63,048 nucleotides of DNA, filler included, from Olpidium bornovanus S191 (GCA_017911155.1; 31 parts of 31 records of this genome joined end to end with filler, not necessarily neighbours in it), one strand, 5' to 3'; positions 24,405 to 37,200 are shown, counted from the whole stretch's first letter. The notes: generated from the letters alone by a model not told the origin. Numbers and translations are program-made.

Positions 24405-25639
24405 CCCCGCGCAGTGCACGTCGCCGGAAACAAACGTGACGCGCGTGGAGTAGGCCGCGGCGTAGTTCTGCAGGGATTTGATGAACGCTTCTCGTTCCCG
24501 GGAGTGGCGAAGCGTCGTCCAGTGGTCTGCGGGCGCAAAGAGGCGCGGGAAGGAGGCTCGTGTTCAGGGGGCGGCGTGCAAGCGATGCTTCTCTTTTCCC
24601 TCTCAGGCATTCCCCCCTCCCACGCACGCGTACACGTGCACACGCGCACGTCCCCTTCACCGGTCAACCCACCGCCCAAGTCGTCCAACAGTTCCGGCTG
24701 GGCGCCGAGGCTGCCCATGAGGGACCCGAACAGCCCGCTCCGGTATAGGAGGCCGTTGGAAGCCCTGTTCGCGGAGTCCAGGGACTGCAGCAGGCCCTCG
24801 GCGATCGTCAACCGCGGGTACAGTATCGGCACGCCGAGGAGCGCGAGGAGGTGGCGGTTCGTGGGCGGGACGCGGGATTCGAGGGCGCGGAACATGGCGT
24901 CGTACGACTCGCGGCTCGCGACGCGGTCGAGCGTCCGCTCGCGGCGGCCGTCCATGCCGAGCACCGCCACCTCGGGCGTCAGCTGCGCGAGGAAGTTGTG
25001 GGCGCCGGGGCCGCCGAAGAAGCCGTGGCTCCGAGACAGCTCCGGGTTGGTGTGCAGCTGGAACAGGAGGTAGAAATTGTACCCGATCTGGGCGACGCCG
25101 TTCATCACCGGAGACAGCCGGAGCTCGTCCGGGTAGCTCCCGGCGCCGTCGAAAAGGTCGTGGTCGTCTGTCGAGGGGGGGGGGGGGGGGGGGGGGGAGG
25201 GGGGGGGGTGTGGGGGGGGGGGGGGTGGGGGGGGGGGGGGGGGGGGGGTGGGAGAGAGTAAGCCCGTTTTGGCGGGAATGGTGATGGCGTGAGCGGGCGC
25301 CGCGCGGAGGCCAGTCAGCGGGCGGGACTCCCCTCGCGGGGAAGGGAGCGGCTTTCCTCACCTAGCACCATCATCGTGGGCATCAACTTCAGCGCGCGGG
25401 CGAAGCGCTCGCCCGTGGCGAAGGCAGACAGGTAGCGGCGGAAGTAGAAATCTGCGACGCCGGCTCTCGTGCTCTTGGCCAGCGGGGCGTCGAGGCGGCG
25501 CTCGACCTTCATCTTGATCCACGCGGCGAGCTCGGGCACTTGGGACCAGACGTCGTCGCAGTACAGCTGGTCGCCGACGCCGACGAGGTAGTGGAAGGGG
25601 TCGCGCGCATGTTCGGCGAGCACGTCCTCCCAGAGGCCG
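24405..25639 (-). CDS. PhoD-like metallophosphatase (fungal type), fragment
   Basis: LWEDVLAEHARDPFHYLVGVGDQLYCDDVW, DDHDLFDGAGSYP, FYLLFQLHT, VAVLGMDGRRERT and LLGVPILYPRL motifs. Confidence 0.8.
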
Positions 25640-27371
25640 CTGCGAGAGAGGGGGATCGTTGGGCGAAGGGCGAAGGGCGAAGAGGGGAATGGGGGGGGGG
25701 GGGGGGGGGGGGGCGGGGGGGGGGGGTTTGGGGTGGGGGGGGTTCCCCGCGTGGGGCGCGGGGGGGGGAGGGGGGCAAGGGGGAGAGCTCTTCAATTGGC
25801 GGANNNNNNNNNNNNNNNNNNNNNNNNNNNNNNNNNNNNNNNNNNNNTTAATTAATTAANNNNNNNNNNNNNNNNNNNNNNNNNNNNNNNNNNNNNNNNN
25901 NNNCCTGCCGATTGCGCGTCAAAGCGGTAGAACATCCGCAGCATTTGCTGGAAAGCGTTTCGCAACCCCGGAAACTTCGATTGCGTCCTGAATCGCGGCG
26001 CCTCTGCTGCAAAATGCTGCATGGGCTCGGGCGCTTCACGGCGCAAGGGGCGGCCATGTGCTGCGGGTGCAAGTGCTGCGGTTGCTCGGGTGCTTCAGGG
26101 TGCACTATAATGAAAGCAATTGGTCGTTCCTGCCGGCTGGAACACGAAGCTTCTGAAACGCCACGCCGCGGCGAGCACTGTTGAGAGTGGCGTCGCGTAA
26201 CTGGCGCCGAATAACCCCCACCCTGGAGAGTGTACCGTCGAAGCGCCCCGCTATAGAGAACACCGCGGAAGGGAAATTGAACCGCGTGACACGCCCCACC
26301 ACAGAGGGTGCGCAACCGGAAACATCCGTCAGCGGATAGTGTCCCGGGAGACCACACCGTGGATAACACAATCGGCGATCTTCGGATCAATTGTTCGTAT
26401 TCCGTCCGCTAGAAGGCCTTCGCTCGGGTGCGTGTGTGGTGCGCGTGCGCGTACAAAATTTCCGACGCCCCTCTCGGGCATACTGCACGGAAAGGAAAAA
26501 AAGCATTCGACGCTTGGAGAAAGCGAATGGCGATTGGGAAAAAAAACGAGTCTAATCTGCAAGGAAATGGGTGCCCGCTACACTGGCGTGCGGCAACAAG
26601 AGAAATGCGGGATTTGCGAACCATTTTGTTGCGAACGGAGTTACATCCGTTGGTGTGTTTTGTTTATTTTCGGTTCGAGTCTACGTTTCCTTCTGTGTAC
26701 CGGAACACATTTGACGACAGGCTATTGCTCTTTAGTAGGGATATCGTGGCACGGTATCAAATGCGATGCACGCGCACGTCTCCCTGCTTGATGCGCTTGG
26801 CCAGGGTCGCGACCTTGGTGAAGAGACCTTGGCACACCCTGCCCTCTGATCTACGTCTTCAGGGAGACTTGGGGCTTCCCGCGTGACATTGTGCCCAACA
26901 ACCCTTTCTGACATTAGGGTCACCAAGGGGCGTTTGCCCGGTTCAAGCGTGTGCGTCTGAGCTTTTTAAAAGCAGCAAACCGTCCAAGCATCAGCATTTC
27001 AAGGCCGTGCCATGTTTTCGCGGCGTCCCTTAAAGACGCAGCGCACGGCACCCATTTTGGCTCTGCCTTCTGCGCCGGTAGCGAGTAGAGGTGGATGTTT
27101 CCCGCACTATTTGCCTTAGGGAGCGGGCGAAGCCGCCGCTGTTGGTACTTTTCGGGAAAAGGCGGTGTCCGGAGTCGTTGCGCGCCGTCACAACGCGCCA
27201 GCCGGCCGCGACCCTTCTCGCTCTCCGTGACTGGTGCAGCGCGGGTTATATCCGCGCCGACCGCCTTATCCCCGCACCCCCGCCCCCTCTCCCTCTCCCT
27301 CCCCGCCCGTGCTGTTCCCCGCGCGCGGTCGAAAATAGCCGGCCAGGCTCCCCTCCTCCCGGCTCCCGTCG

Positions 27372-27965
27372 ATGCGTGTCCCGCTCGCGGCCGCACGGCG
27401 GCACGTTCCGGCCGCGGCGGCGTGGTGCCTCCTTGCCGCCGCCGGGACAGGCCTGCTCGGCACCGCGCGCGCCTGCGAGCGGAACTGCAGAGACGCCGTC
27501 CTCTCTTCGATCATGGACATTTTCTTCCCGCGGGTGTACCGCGCGTACCACGTCTTCGAGATGACGCTGTACATGAACCTCCCGCGCGACGTCGCCGCCG
27601 CGCTCGAGCCGCAAATCGGCCCCCTGGTCCGAAGCGCCCGGGGAAACGCCACCAGCTGGAGTAACGTCAGGGACCCCGAGAGTATCCGCGGCGTGTTCAG
27701 CGCGGTGATCCCCGTCGTGGGCGTGCCGGGCTTCCGCGGAGACAACTGCTGCAGGCCATATTGCCCCCGGATAACTTGTTGTAGCGAACCTGGTTGGCCG
27801 CGAGTTATGAACGAGTTCACGGCGGGACTGGTGGTGTGTGGATCGGAGTACTCGGTGGCCGCGCATCTTGATGACGGTACGCCGAACCACTGCGGAATAG
27901 AGCCGGACGCCCCGTCGGCGTCTGAAGCGCAACTTCAAGGCAATGGAGGAAACGTCCTGGACTGA
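27372..27965 (+). CDS. Secreted cysteine-rich hypothetical protein, 197 aa, single exon
   Basis: Complete ATG-TGA ORF. Hydrophobic leader ending GTARA, then CERNCR and a CCRPYCPRITCC cluster. Confidence 0.75.
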   Translation: MRVPLAAARRHVPAAAAWCLLAAAGTGLLGTARACERNCRDAVLSSIMDIFFPRVYRAYHVFEMTLYMNLPRDVAAALEPQIGPLVRSARGNATSWSNVRDPESIRGVFSAVIPVVGVPGFRGDNCCRPYCPRITCCSEPGWPRVMNEFTAGLVVCGSEYSVAAHLDDGTPNHCGIEPDAPSASEAQLQGNGGNVLD

Positions 27966-28199
27966 TCCGTGAAATCGGTCCGCGCCCATAACGTCGGTTG
28001 CCGGAACGGCGCCTAGTTTTCTACTATGTACAGACCATAATGCAAGCGCGATCTTGGTTTGCCAACGCCAATTCTCGTAAGACTCTCCGTATTTCGGTCT
28101 TTCCGTCGTCCTTTTGGCTCTTGCGTTTCCGTTATTACCTCCCAAGACATCCCTAACTCACGGCGAACCCTTGATTCGCGCCATTACCCGCGCTCACCG

Positions 28200-28682
28200 C
28201 GCAGGCGGGATCCAAGAGCTAACAGCTCAGGTAACGCGCGCCGTCGGCCCGCGGAACCGGTGGCTGGTCCGTTTCTTCGGCAACCTGAAGGTCGCCATTG
28301 AGAACCTCAACGTGCGTTTCCGCCACGAAATGTTTTTTTCCAGGACAGTCGTTGAATCCGGGGAAGGGCCGGGGAGGGGAGGGGTCGTTTCCCCCGCCCG
28401 CCCTAATTCTTATTCCCCCCCCCCTCCCCCCCGATCGCACTTTTTTGCCCGCAGAAAGCCCATTCGTTCCTGAAGGAGAACTTGGAACACACCTACGCGC
28501 CGCTCTCTGCGTACCTGATCTGCGTGGACCACCGCCTAGACAGGCCGGCGTCGCACCCTCATGCTCAGCTTGAAAACTGCACCCGTCCGGCGTTTGGGAA
28601 AACGCCCGTCATCCGGTCGCGCGACGGATACAATTTCCCGCCGGCGAACTACCACCTCGTTCACGTTTCCCCCGGGGAGTGA
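28200..28682 (+). CDS. Possible two-exon unassigned coding fragment
   Basis: Protein-like frames GIQELTAQVTRAVGPRNRWLVRFFGNLKVAIENLNVRFRHE and, after an AG acceptor, KAHSFLKENLEHTYAPLSAYLICVDHRL..VHVSPGE. Family unknown. Confidence 0.3.
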
Positions 28683-30042
28683 AAAGCGGGAGGCGCCCGC
28701 CTGTCTTCGGGTTCCATTTTGTTATTTATTTGATCTTTCTGTCGAAGATTATTTCTGGAAACCGCGCGAGTTTTCATCTAATTCCGCCAGTACGCCGTGA
28801 TGTTTTTGCTTTTCAAGGCTGCTACTTCTGGCATTATTCCGCTTTGCGCTCCCCATAAATCTCCGTGTCTTTCACCGAACAGCCGCGACATGCTGCTTAC
28901 GTAACGCGGGTTCGCGGCCACCTTCACCCACTTCCCCGCCCCCTCCCCTCCTCTCCTCCCGGTTTTGCTGTATGGACAGTCCCATACTGGCGAGTTACGC
29001 GAAGTACTCGTTATTATTTTCGAATCCGACGCAGCAATATTGTCGCGACGTACGAAAGCGAGACCCCGCGTCTTTTGGGGGGTAGCCCGGTTGGCTCAGC
29101 AAAAGGGCGACTTGCGAATTCGGGAACCGAATTTTGATCATCGAGCCGGTGGCCTGTGGCCTTGCGACATCGTGATGTGCGTGCGCGGCTTGCTCGGCCC
29201 CGAGCTGCGCATAATATTGGCCATCTCGTAAAACACCGCCGATACCAGCTTTTTGCTGCTTTATCACGGGCAACAGGGCAGACCGTTGCGATGCGAGTGG
29301 CGGTGCTATCCGCGATGGAGTCGGACGACCGGAGGGCGGAAGAGGTGTGGGGTTCTGAAGCGGGAAGGTGTGAACAAACCCACGTGGCATCCCCAGTGCG
29401 ACACAACACATGCTACCGAGGGGTCGTTGTCATTTTTGAGTCAGTTTGTTGCTGAAAAGTAGAAGCATCGCGGCGATGTCGCGCGAGATTGCAACGTGGT
29501 AGCAATTCTAGCTTTGGAGCGTTTACATATAGCTCATTTAGCAAATTTATGTGATATCCATGGAAGTGGTCTTCGTTGCTTACAATTTGTGGAAGGGTCC
29601 GCATCATTTTATGCACGTAATAATCCGAACTTGAACTCCCCCTTCCTCCCTCCCTCTTCCAACCAAAGCATTTTCCAATCGAGTACGAGAGTTTCAAATA
29701 TGGCCAGCCAGGCCGGGAAGCACGGAGGTCAAAGGACACGAATGGGGTGGTAAACCCGTGCAAATTTTTCGAGCGCACCTCCGACAATGTGCTACAACCT
29801 TCCGCGGCTAAGCAAACAAACGCATGACGTCGTCACGGCAGAACGCTCGAAAGCACGCAAAGTGTGTTGTTCCCTTTCGCGCTAGCTCACTCATACACGT
29901 TTGTCAACCTGGGCTGCTGCCTGCCTCAAAGCTCGTCTTTAANNNNNNNNNNNNNNNNNNNNNNNNNNNNNNNNNNNNNNNNNNNNTTAATTAATTAANN
30001 NNNNNNNNNNNNNNNNNNNNNNNNNNNNNNNNNNNNNNNNNN

Positions 30043-30440
30043 CACAACGGTGCCCGCTGCCATTTTACCAGTGAGTCGGTCACCAGTGGCGACACTCATC
30101 TGGAACCAGTCCGATCTGGACATAACATCGCCAATACTTTAACAAAGCGCGATTTCTCGCATGTCGTCAAGAGCGTGGTCTAGTTCTTGTTATCGAAGCT
30201 CCCTGCGTTTTGCTCGCTTCATCTCCTCTTCCTTCCAATTTGTCTCTCTCCTCATGGCGTCAACCCTTTTTCGGGCGTTTCCCCTATTGATACCCTTGTT
30301 GCACATGGCCTCGAAGGCATCCCTGAAATTCTCAACAATCCGAAGCTCCATGCGGGCATAACATTCGTGCTGTCGTTCTTCTTTTGAGCAATTTTTTCTG
30401 AATTCAGAGGAAGGCAAATCTTCTAATCTCTTCTCCGTCT
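30043..30440 (-). pseudogene. Decayed coiled-coil-rich reading frame with two in-frame TAA
   Basis: LEDLPSSEFRK..EEEMKRAKRRELR*QELDHALDDMREIALC*SIGDVMSRSDWFQMSV stays protein-like across stops at 30190-30192 and 30139-30141. Origin unknown, possibly a transposable element. Confidence 0.35.
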
Positions 30441-30624
30441 CTCAAAGGAAAAAAAAGAGGGTTTGGGCAAAAGAGTTCGGGCGCGTAGGCCCTACATCTC
30501 TGTCGTAGCAGGCAGCGGGGGGGCGCTCGAAGCCAATGGCCCCAGCATTGCGCATATACCAGGCGGCTCAACATGCGACCAACCGGCACACGCTGCCCGC
30601 GCGAGGGACGGTTAACACCTCGCG

Positions 30625-30727
30625 TCCGAGATTTGCCCTTTGTGGGATTCGAACCCACGTCTGCCAGCAAGGGCAGTTTTCCGGGGTGCCGCGGTAACCA
30701 GCCGCGCACCCGAGGGCAAACTCCGGA
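30625..30727 (-). ncRNA. tRNA-like structured element lacking an anticodon arm
   Basis: Closing stem TTTGCCCT/AGGGCAAA. Hairpin GGGTGC-GCGG[CTGGTTA]CCGC-G-GCACCC, hairpin CTGCC[CTTGCT]GGCAG, and a perfect T arm GTGGG[TTCGAAT]CCCAC. Confidence 0.55.
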
Positions 30728-33014
30728 CAGTGGAAAGGTCGTTGGGGTTGCCCTTCAACTCTCAAGCCGGCCCGTCACGAAAGAAATTGCCGCGGACGAG
30801 AGCTGCTCCTCCACCACCAGACGGCGACGCTTGTCCCTCCCCGCCCCCATGGCCGCGCCCGCGCCGCTCCCCAGGACACCGCGCTCCGTGGCTGCGATCT
30901 GCGCCGCCCTCCATGGCCGCGACCGCGACGACTTCCTGCATGGCCGCGATGCCACCTCCCGTGGCTGCCGGGCATCACGACGCCACCCGAGACGGCCGCG
31001 CCGCCGCGCCTCACGGGTGGGGAGGGGGGGTCCGCAACGTCGTTTGGGTGGCAACGCGTAATATGAAAGTGGAGAGAATATGGAGAGAAAAGGGAAACGA
31101 TCAAAAAAAGCTCGTTTTGCCAGTTCGGCAGGGGCGGGGCGCGTTTTTGCTGCCTCGGTAAAAGTCCGCTCAAATACCGGAGTGGTACCCGCGTTCAATT
31201 CCGCGCCAAGTTACCGAGCGGGACGCAGGAATCGCGGCCCTGGGGCAGTTGCTCGCTCGGGGAGGCTAACTATTGAACTGATATTTCCAGCCGGTCTTCC
31301 TGTTGATCTCGTGGCTGTCGACCACACTGACACTTCACTCTCCGATATTTCCCGCTGACGGCGGCAGCAACATCATCGAAAAGGCAGGCCACCAAGCTTG
31401 CGCTCCTAGCTGCCGCCCCACACGTGCGATACTTTATCTTTAAAGTGGGCTGTGCGCATCGTACGATTTCCCATGAAAATTAATTCGCTACCCATGGGAC
31501 CACGTGCGCCTCACAAGATCTGCTTGGCTGTCGGGTCCTTAGCGAATGCTGTTGGGAAATGCGACAGCCACACTAACGTCGAGACGTCCCACATCTGGCC
31601 GATCCCCTGTTCTCGATTCGCAGCTTCTCCGTCTCCCTCAAGGCCTCCGACGTTGAAAGAATTCCCCCCGGCGCCCTTCGCGCAATTCGACGACCTTGCG
31701 GCATCGATGCCGCCGCACCGAACGTCAAGCTCGGGACAACGACTCTCCAGACTTGCACGGCGGCTGAGCAAGACATCGATATAGGCCGTTTCGGAGTCGA
31801 TCAAGGCTGACAGAATAATGCCCTGAATCCCGCCGCGTTATCATCTATCGATGCCCCACTCGCCGTTCAGCAAAGGCAAGGGCAACGACGGACCGCCCGG
31901 CCGCCGTTTGACAGTACTCGCGGAGGTGGCGACTGCGGAAAGGAAAAAATTGCGGCCTCCCGCGCCACGCACCCTGACGCGTCCGCTTCGTCAACCGCGT
32001 CCGGCGGACAACTTTGGCCACGAGCCAAGGTGACGAGGGGACAGCCACTGCCGTCGAAGGATAAACCACCAGGCTGCGGCCCCTGCCCCATGCTCAGAAT
32101 TATGTGGCATAAACGCCCCTTAGCCGGCACCTTTCCCCAACCTCCCTACCGAGGTGTATAAATTGGTGAGAATCTTTGGACAGTTTTGTGTTGTTGCAGC
32201 GGTAAAGAGATAGCTAGCTAAAAAGCGCAGGGCGAATACAATATTAGCTATTGTGACGAGAATCGGCGAACGCCGCAGAGGGGGTGAGAGGGGGACAGTA
32301 GCCAACAGACGGTCTGCAAAGTCACTTTGGGATTCGTGACCTCCTACATGAAAGGGTCGCAGACATTTGTTCTCTATCCTTTATGCGCTATAGATTTGGG
32401 TCTTTCAGAAAAAAAATGTCCTTTTCCCATCAGGCCGCCCATCCACAGCCACTCCGCCCCTTTCCCTCTCCCCTCTCCGAGGGCGCGTTCGGGTTCGCCG
32501 CGAAGTCTGCTATACCTCCTCATTTACGTATGTAAGGAACACGTCTGAGTGTTCGCGAGATGTAGAATAGGGCATACATGCGCCATTTTCCGGGTGGGAG
32601 ATTACCCTGAAAAACAGTTAACAATTTGACTTCCCAAGCAGCGAACGTTCTGCGAAGAGGAGGCACTCGCCGAGATTTGTAGAACGGCGAACGCGCCGTG
32701 CCTTCATCCGCCACGCCGCTGGCAGGTTTTTTCCTGCCTCCACTTGAAAGAAGCTGGGCGTTCCCTTGACTGAGCGGTGGCCATGATACGACACCACGGG
32801 ACCGGACATCTCGCCGACGCACGGCAGACGACGAATAACCAGGCAGCAACCACGTCCCGGGACAGCCCGGTCGACTGCCGCCAAACGCGGTAAAAGCAGG
32901 TCCGGTTTGCCGCTTGGGCTTGAGCGACACCCCCCCTTCGCCGCACTCGTGAGCAGGACCCGTGGTAACAGACCGAACGATGCAAATCTCCGCGCTCGAT
33001 TTTCCGTCGGACCT

Positions 33015-33385
33015 TCAACGTTTGCTCTTCTTGCTCCGCCGCTTGGGACTGCCAGTATCCCCGGCCGACGCGGACGAAGGAACCAAGCCCTGGGCAGACG
33101 ACGACCGCGGCCCTTGCTGCTGGCCCGTGCCTGATTGACCGCCGCCACCAGCGCCCCCGTACTTCTGGTTCGGGAATTGTGTCGCGGCCATCACTTTGGG
33201 TGATGCCGGTGTGGACCCGGCATCTCTCTGGGACCCGTGTCCTGGGGGAGTTCGGCGCAGGGCTGCGCCGTTGTTCATGACTAAGGCACGCGGTGGAGTG
33301 CTCGCCGGCCCGCGATGCCTTGAAGCTGCCTGTGCGATGGCCTTTTTCTCGCGCAACTCGTCCAAAAGCGGCGTCGATAGCTTAC
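33015..33385 (-). CDS. Low-complexity exon of an unassigned gene
   Basis: STPLLDELREKK followed by a Gly/Ser/Gln-rich basic tail. Only faintly reminiscent of the Upf3 C-terminal region. Confidence 0.25.
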
Positions 33386-33534
33386 CTGTTAGAGAANNNN
33401 NNNNNNNNNNNNNNNNNNNNNNNNNNNNNNNNNNNNNNNNTTAATTAATTAANNNNNNNNNNNNNNNNNNNNNNNNNNNNNNNNNNNNNNNNNNNNCACA
33501 CCCGGGGGAAGAAAAAAAAAAAAAAAAACACCCC

Positions 33535-33577
<43 letters not shown>

Positions 33578-33764
33578 AGAGTGAAAACGCGTGAATTACC
33601 GTGCAATTTTGGACGAGGAATTTCTCAGCCCCCCGTCCCTCGAGTCGACGGCCGCGCCGGGGGCAGAGTCCGCGGCGGCGGCGCGCGCGGGATTTTTTGT
33701 GCTTTCCGTCGAGTCGACGGCCGCGTCGGAAGGGGGGGTCCGCGGCGCGCGCGGATTTCGTGTG

Positions 33765-33795
<31 letters not shown>

Positions 33796-34674
33796 TTTTT
33801 TTTTGTCGAGTCTGACGACCCGCGTCGGGAGGGGTTTCCGCGGCGAGGGGCGCGCGCCCTCGCGACATTGGGGTTTTTTTTTTTTTTTTTTTTTTCGTGT
33901 TTCAACGGGCTGCCCAAAAGAGAGCTTCCTCGAGTGGTTATTTTGGCGGGTGAGTGAGGGGCCGCGCGAAAAAAAAATTTTTTAACTGGCACGGAAAAAA
34001 AAAGTTCGGATTCTGCCAAACCTCGGCCTGCCGGGTCACCCGGGCCTCTCTTGCAATCTATCTGCTCAGGAACACAGAGGAAGGAGGGGTTATTAAAAAA
34101 AAAAAAAAAACGTCCGAAAAACCCCTTTCAAAAACCATGAGGACGCGCACCAGCGGCCGCCGCGGCATTTTTGCTTTCCCCCTGCCGGAACTCGCAGTTT
34201 CCAGTTTCGCGACAAACTTTCCCCGACTTCGGGATCTTTCGCTCGGTTTGGAGAGGTCCGCGTCATATAATTTTTTTTTTTTTTTTGTGAGGTCGATGTT
34301 CTTGACGGTTTTTTTTTTCTTTTTTTTGGCGGGGCTCTCGAGAAAGCAAAGCCTTCCCGCCTTACTGGCCACCGGCTGCTTTTTAGCAGGGTTCTTTCAC
34401 GGTGTCCGTAGCCCCAGTTCGACATCCTTTGGTCTGGCCTTACGGGGCCGGCCCTTTTTTCGGGGGTGTCGCGTTGTGTCTCTTGAGCGGGACAAATCAT
34501 ACCGTCTTGTTCGACCGCGAAGATCGCGAAGACCGCGGTGGATGGTTTTCTGCTTGTCCATGNNNNNNNNNNNNNNNNNNNNNNNNNNNNNNNNNNNNNN
34601 NNNNNNTTAATTAATTAANNNNNNNNNNNNNNNNNNNNNNNNNNNNNNNNNNNNNNNNNNNNAAAAACCCCCCC

Positions 34675-34712
<38 letters not shown>

Positions 34713-35159
34713 GACTACAGCCACCGCAGACCCTGCCTTTTTCTCTTCCTCCCCCCGGCGTCGCGCCCCGTCCGTGTGCGCCTCTGCGTCCCGCCGTTGG
34801 AGGGGGGGGGTGCCCTGCTCGCTGGAACCTCGGCAGGGCTGGCGGCAAGGCGAGGAAGGCAGATAGATTGAGAGAGGCAGCAGAGAGAGAGAGGGAGAGA
34901 GGGAGAGTCAGAGAGAGAGAGGGAGAGAGGGAGAGTCAGGGAGAAACAGCAGAGAGAAGAAGGCAACGAAGGGAAGGCTATGACAGGTCGGGAGAGCGGC
35001 GCAGAGTGAGAAAAGCACGGACAAGACGTTCCCCGCCGCCTCCTTTCGGCTCTCTGGGAGGAGGAGGAGGAGGAGGAGGAGGGTGCAAGTGGAAGAATCG
35101 AACCAGTCCCTCGCCGCCCCCTCCCCCACGCCCCCGCCCACCGTCGCCCCGCACGCGCG

Positions 35160-37200
35160 ATGCAAAAACCACCAAAGACGGCTGCGGCCTCCCAGGGAAT
35201 CCAGTCCGTGAAGGACAAACTGGCCAGCCCGCCGGCTTCGGCCGCAGCCGCCCCCTTGGTGAACCCGGCCAGCGCGGTCTTCATCAACAACGCACTTGAG
35301 AAAATGGCGAACATGAAGGAAGTCAAGAAGAACAAGCCCCTGAAGGAGGCCACCGCCAAAGCGCTTGGTGAGGGGAGGCTCGACCGGGGCCCGCGGAAAA
35401 GGGCGTGCGTCCCGGCGGGCGGCATGTATTCAGACGCAAAAACTGCGCTCGCGCCCTTCCTCACGCAGATCATATCAAGAGCCTAAGCCACCCTGGGTCC
35501 CCGCCAGGCGCGCGGAACGCCGCGTCGCCCGCGTTGCCGCGGTCGACGATCAGCCAAGTGGAGTTTGCCGTTGTTGTGTTCGGACCGCTGAGGCTCGCCG
35601 CCCTGTCTCGGTCGCCTTCGCTGCAGGTGGAGGCGTTGGATTGCCTGGGCAAGTTGCTCTCGTACGGGTTCGTGTCTGACGGCCGACTGTCCGGGACGAT
35701 TGTCTCTTTGGAGGAGATTTCTCGGGATTCGACGGAAGGAACGGAAAGACCAAGTGGCGCCGCTGCGAGCACAAGCGCGCGGACGTTGTTGTCTCCCGTG
35801 TCCGCCGGAGACGACGGCATCCGAGAAGAGCAGAAACCTTTGGTCGACAGGGCGATTGACGTTATCTGCGACTGCTTCGTGGGCGAGGGCACCGACGACA
35901 AAGTGCAGTTACAAATAATAAAGGTGCGCGACAGACGTTGCGCGCCGTTCGCGAAGCTCGAGTTGTGCGGGAAAGAAAGGACGAATTGCGGTGTTAATCG
36001 ACTACGAGCCGGCAGGCACTCCAAGCGGCCGTGGCTTCAACGATAGTGCCAATACACCAAGCGACGCTGTTGAAAGCAATTCGGACCACGTATAACATCT
36101 TCCTTCTGTCACGCAATCCCACGAATCAGACCATTGCTCAGAGTTCCCTGACGCAAATGGTGCACCTGGTGTTTGGGCGCATAACGTCGGTGCCGCAGCG
36201 ACCTGCGTCCGTGGATCCGAATGCGACAACTCCGGTGGCGTCATCCGCGGCCACCGCAGACCTTGTCTCGCCTTTCAGTAAAACGGAAAAGCCGCTGCCG
36301 GCGCAACCCGTACGGCCCTTTCTTCGAACTCCACCCGCAGTTTGGCACCAGCACTTGCCGGCTGACCGCCTGGCTTCCGAGAGGTGGCCGTCACAGACAG
36401 CAGCAGATGATCCTCCTAACAGCCAGGCCACGGCATCTCCGGCACAGAATACTGATGCTACCGTGGATGACGCTTCCTCAGCGCACTCGCGTCCCGTTAC
36501 TTCCCCCCCGGTGATTGTCCGCGAAGAAGGCGAGGAAAAGGATGCGGGTGGAGAAACCGGTGAGGGGCCGGATTCCGGTAACCGAGTCGGAGAAGTTTCC
36601 GCTGCGACTGAAAAGGATACCCGTGATGCGGCGGAGGCCGTGGAGACCGCGTTCGATGAGCGGATTGATGCGGTGGACGAAGAGGCCGCTAGGAGCAGCG
36701 CCGAGATTAACAGCGAGGGCGGAGAAGTCGGTGATGTCACCACCATCGTTGCGGTTGCCTCAGCTCAAGATATCCATTCTCAACCGTCTCCCACAGCACA
36801 TGCGGCGGAGGAGAAGGCGGACGTTAACGCCACCGACGAAGCGGTAGCCGCTTCCGGAGCCGGCATGAGGCGACTCAGTATTCAAGAAAGCCGGCATAGT
36901 CTGTAAGTTTTGAATCATTGATTTCTTATGGTCGTTTACCGAATGGAAACTTCTGCAGGTCGGCCCCTTTCCTCGAATTTCTGTTCGTTGGCTCGCCTGC
37001 TGACGAAAGATGCGGGCATCCATGTTAGCGTTACCTATGCCGAAGAACTGGGGTCGGACGTTCGACCTCGGATGGTACAGTCGGCGACATCCCCCACAGA
37101 GTCGGGGAGTGGCGGTGTGCCGCGGGACGTTGCTCCCACTAGTGACGTCTTCATTCAAGATGCTTTCCACGCTTTCAGAGCTCTTTGTCGCTTGAGCATG
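35160..37200 (+). CDS. SEC7: Arf guanine-nucleotide exchange factor Sec7/BIG, N-terminal part
   Basis: DCB-domain motifs FGPLRLA..VEALDCLGKLLSYG, DRAIDVICDCFVGEGTDDKVQLQIIK, LLKAIRTTYNIFLLSRNPTNQTIAQSSLTQMV and DAFHAFRALCRLSM. Confidence 0.92.

Noticed and set aside
26672-26681. Isolated box B (GGTTCGAGTC)
   Set aside because: No box A or cloverleaf nearby, so it is compatible with chance.
30625-30727. tRNA-Sec, SRP RNA or RNase P/MRP identity for the cloverleaf
   Set aside because: There is no TCA anticodon arm and the T stem is 5 bp rather than 4. I found no convincing SRP helix-8 motif or complete set of RNase P/MRP conserved regions by eye.
31511-31830. RhoGEF DH-like start (LIDSETAYIDVL)
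   Set aside because: Only a short resemblance, and the downstream sequence does not continue the domain.
33497-34562. Coding or TE identity for this contig
   Set aside because: The frames are broken by homopolymers and I recognised no motif.
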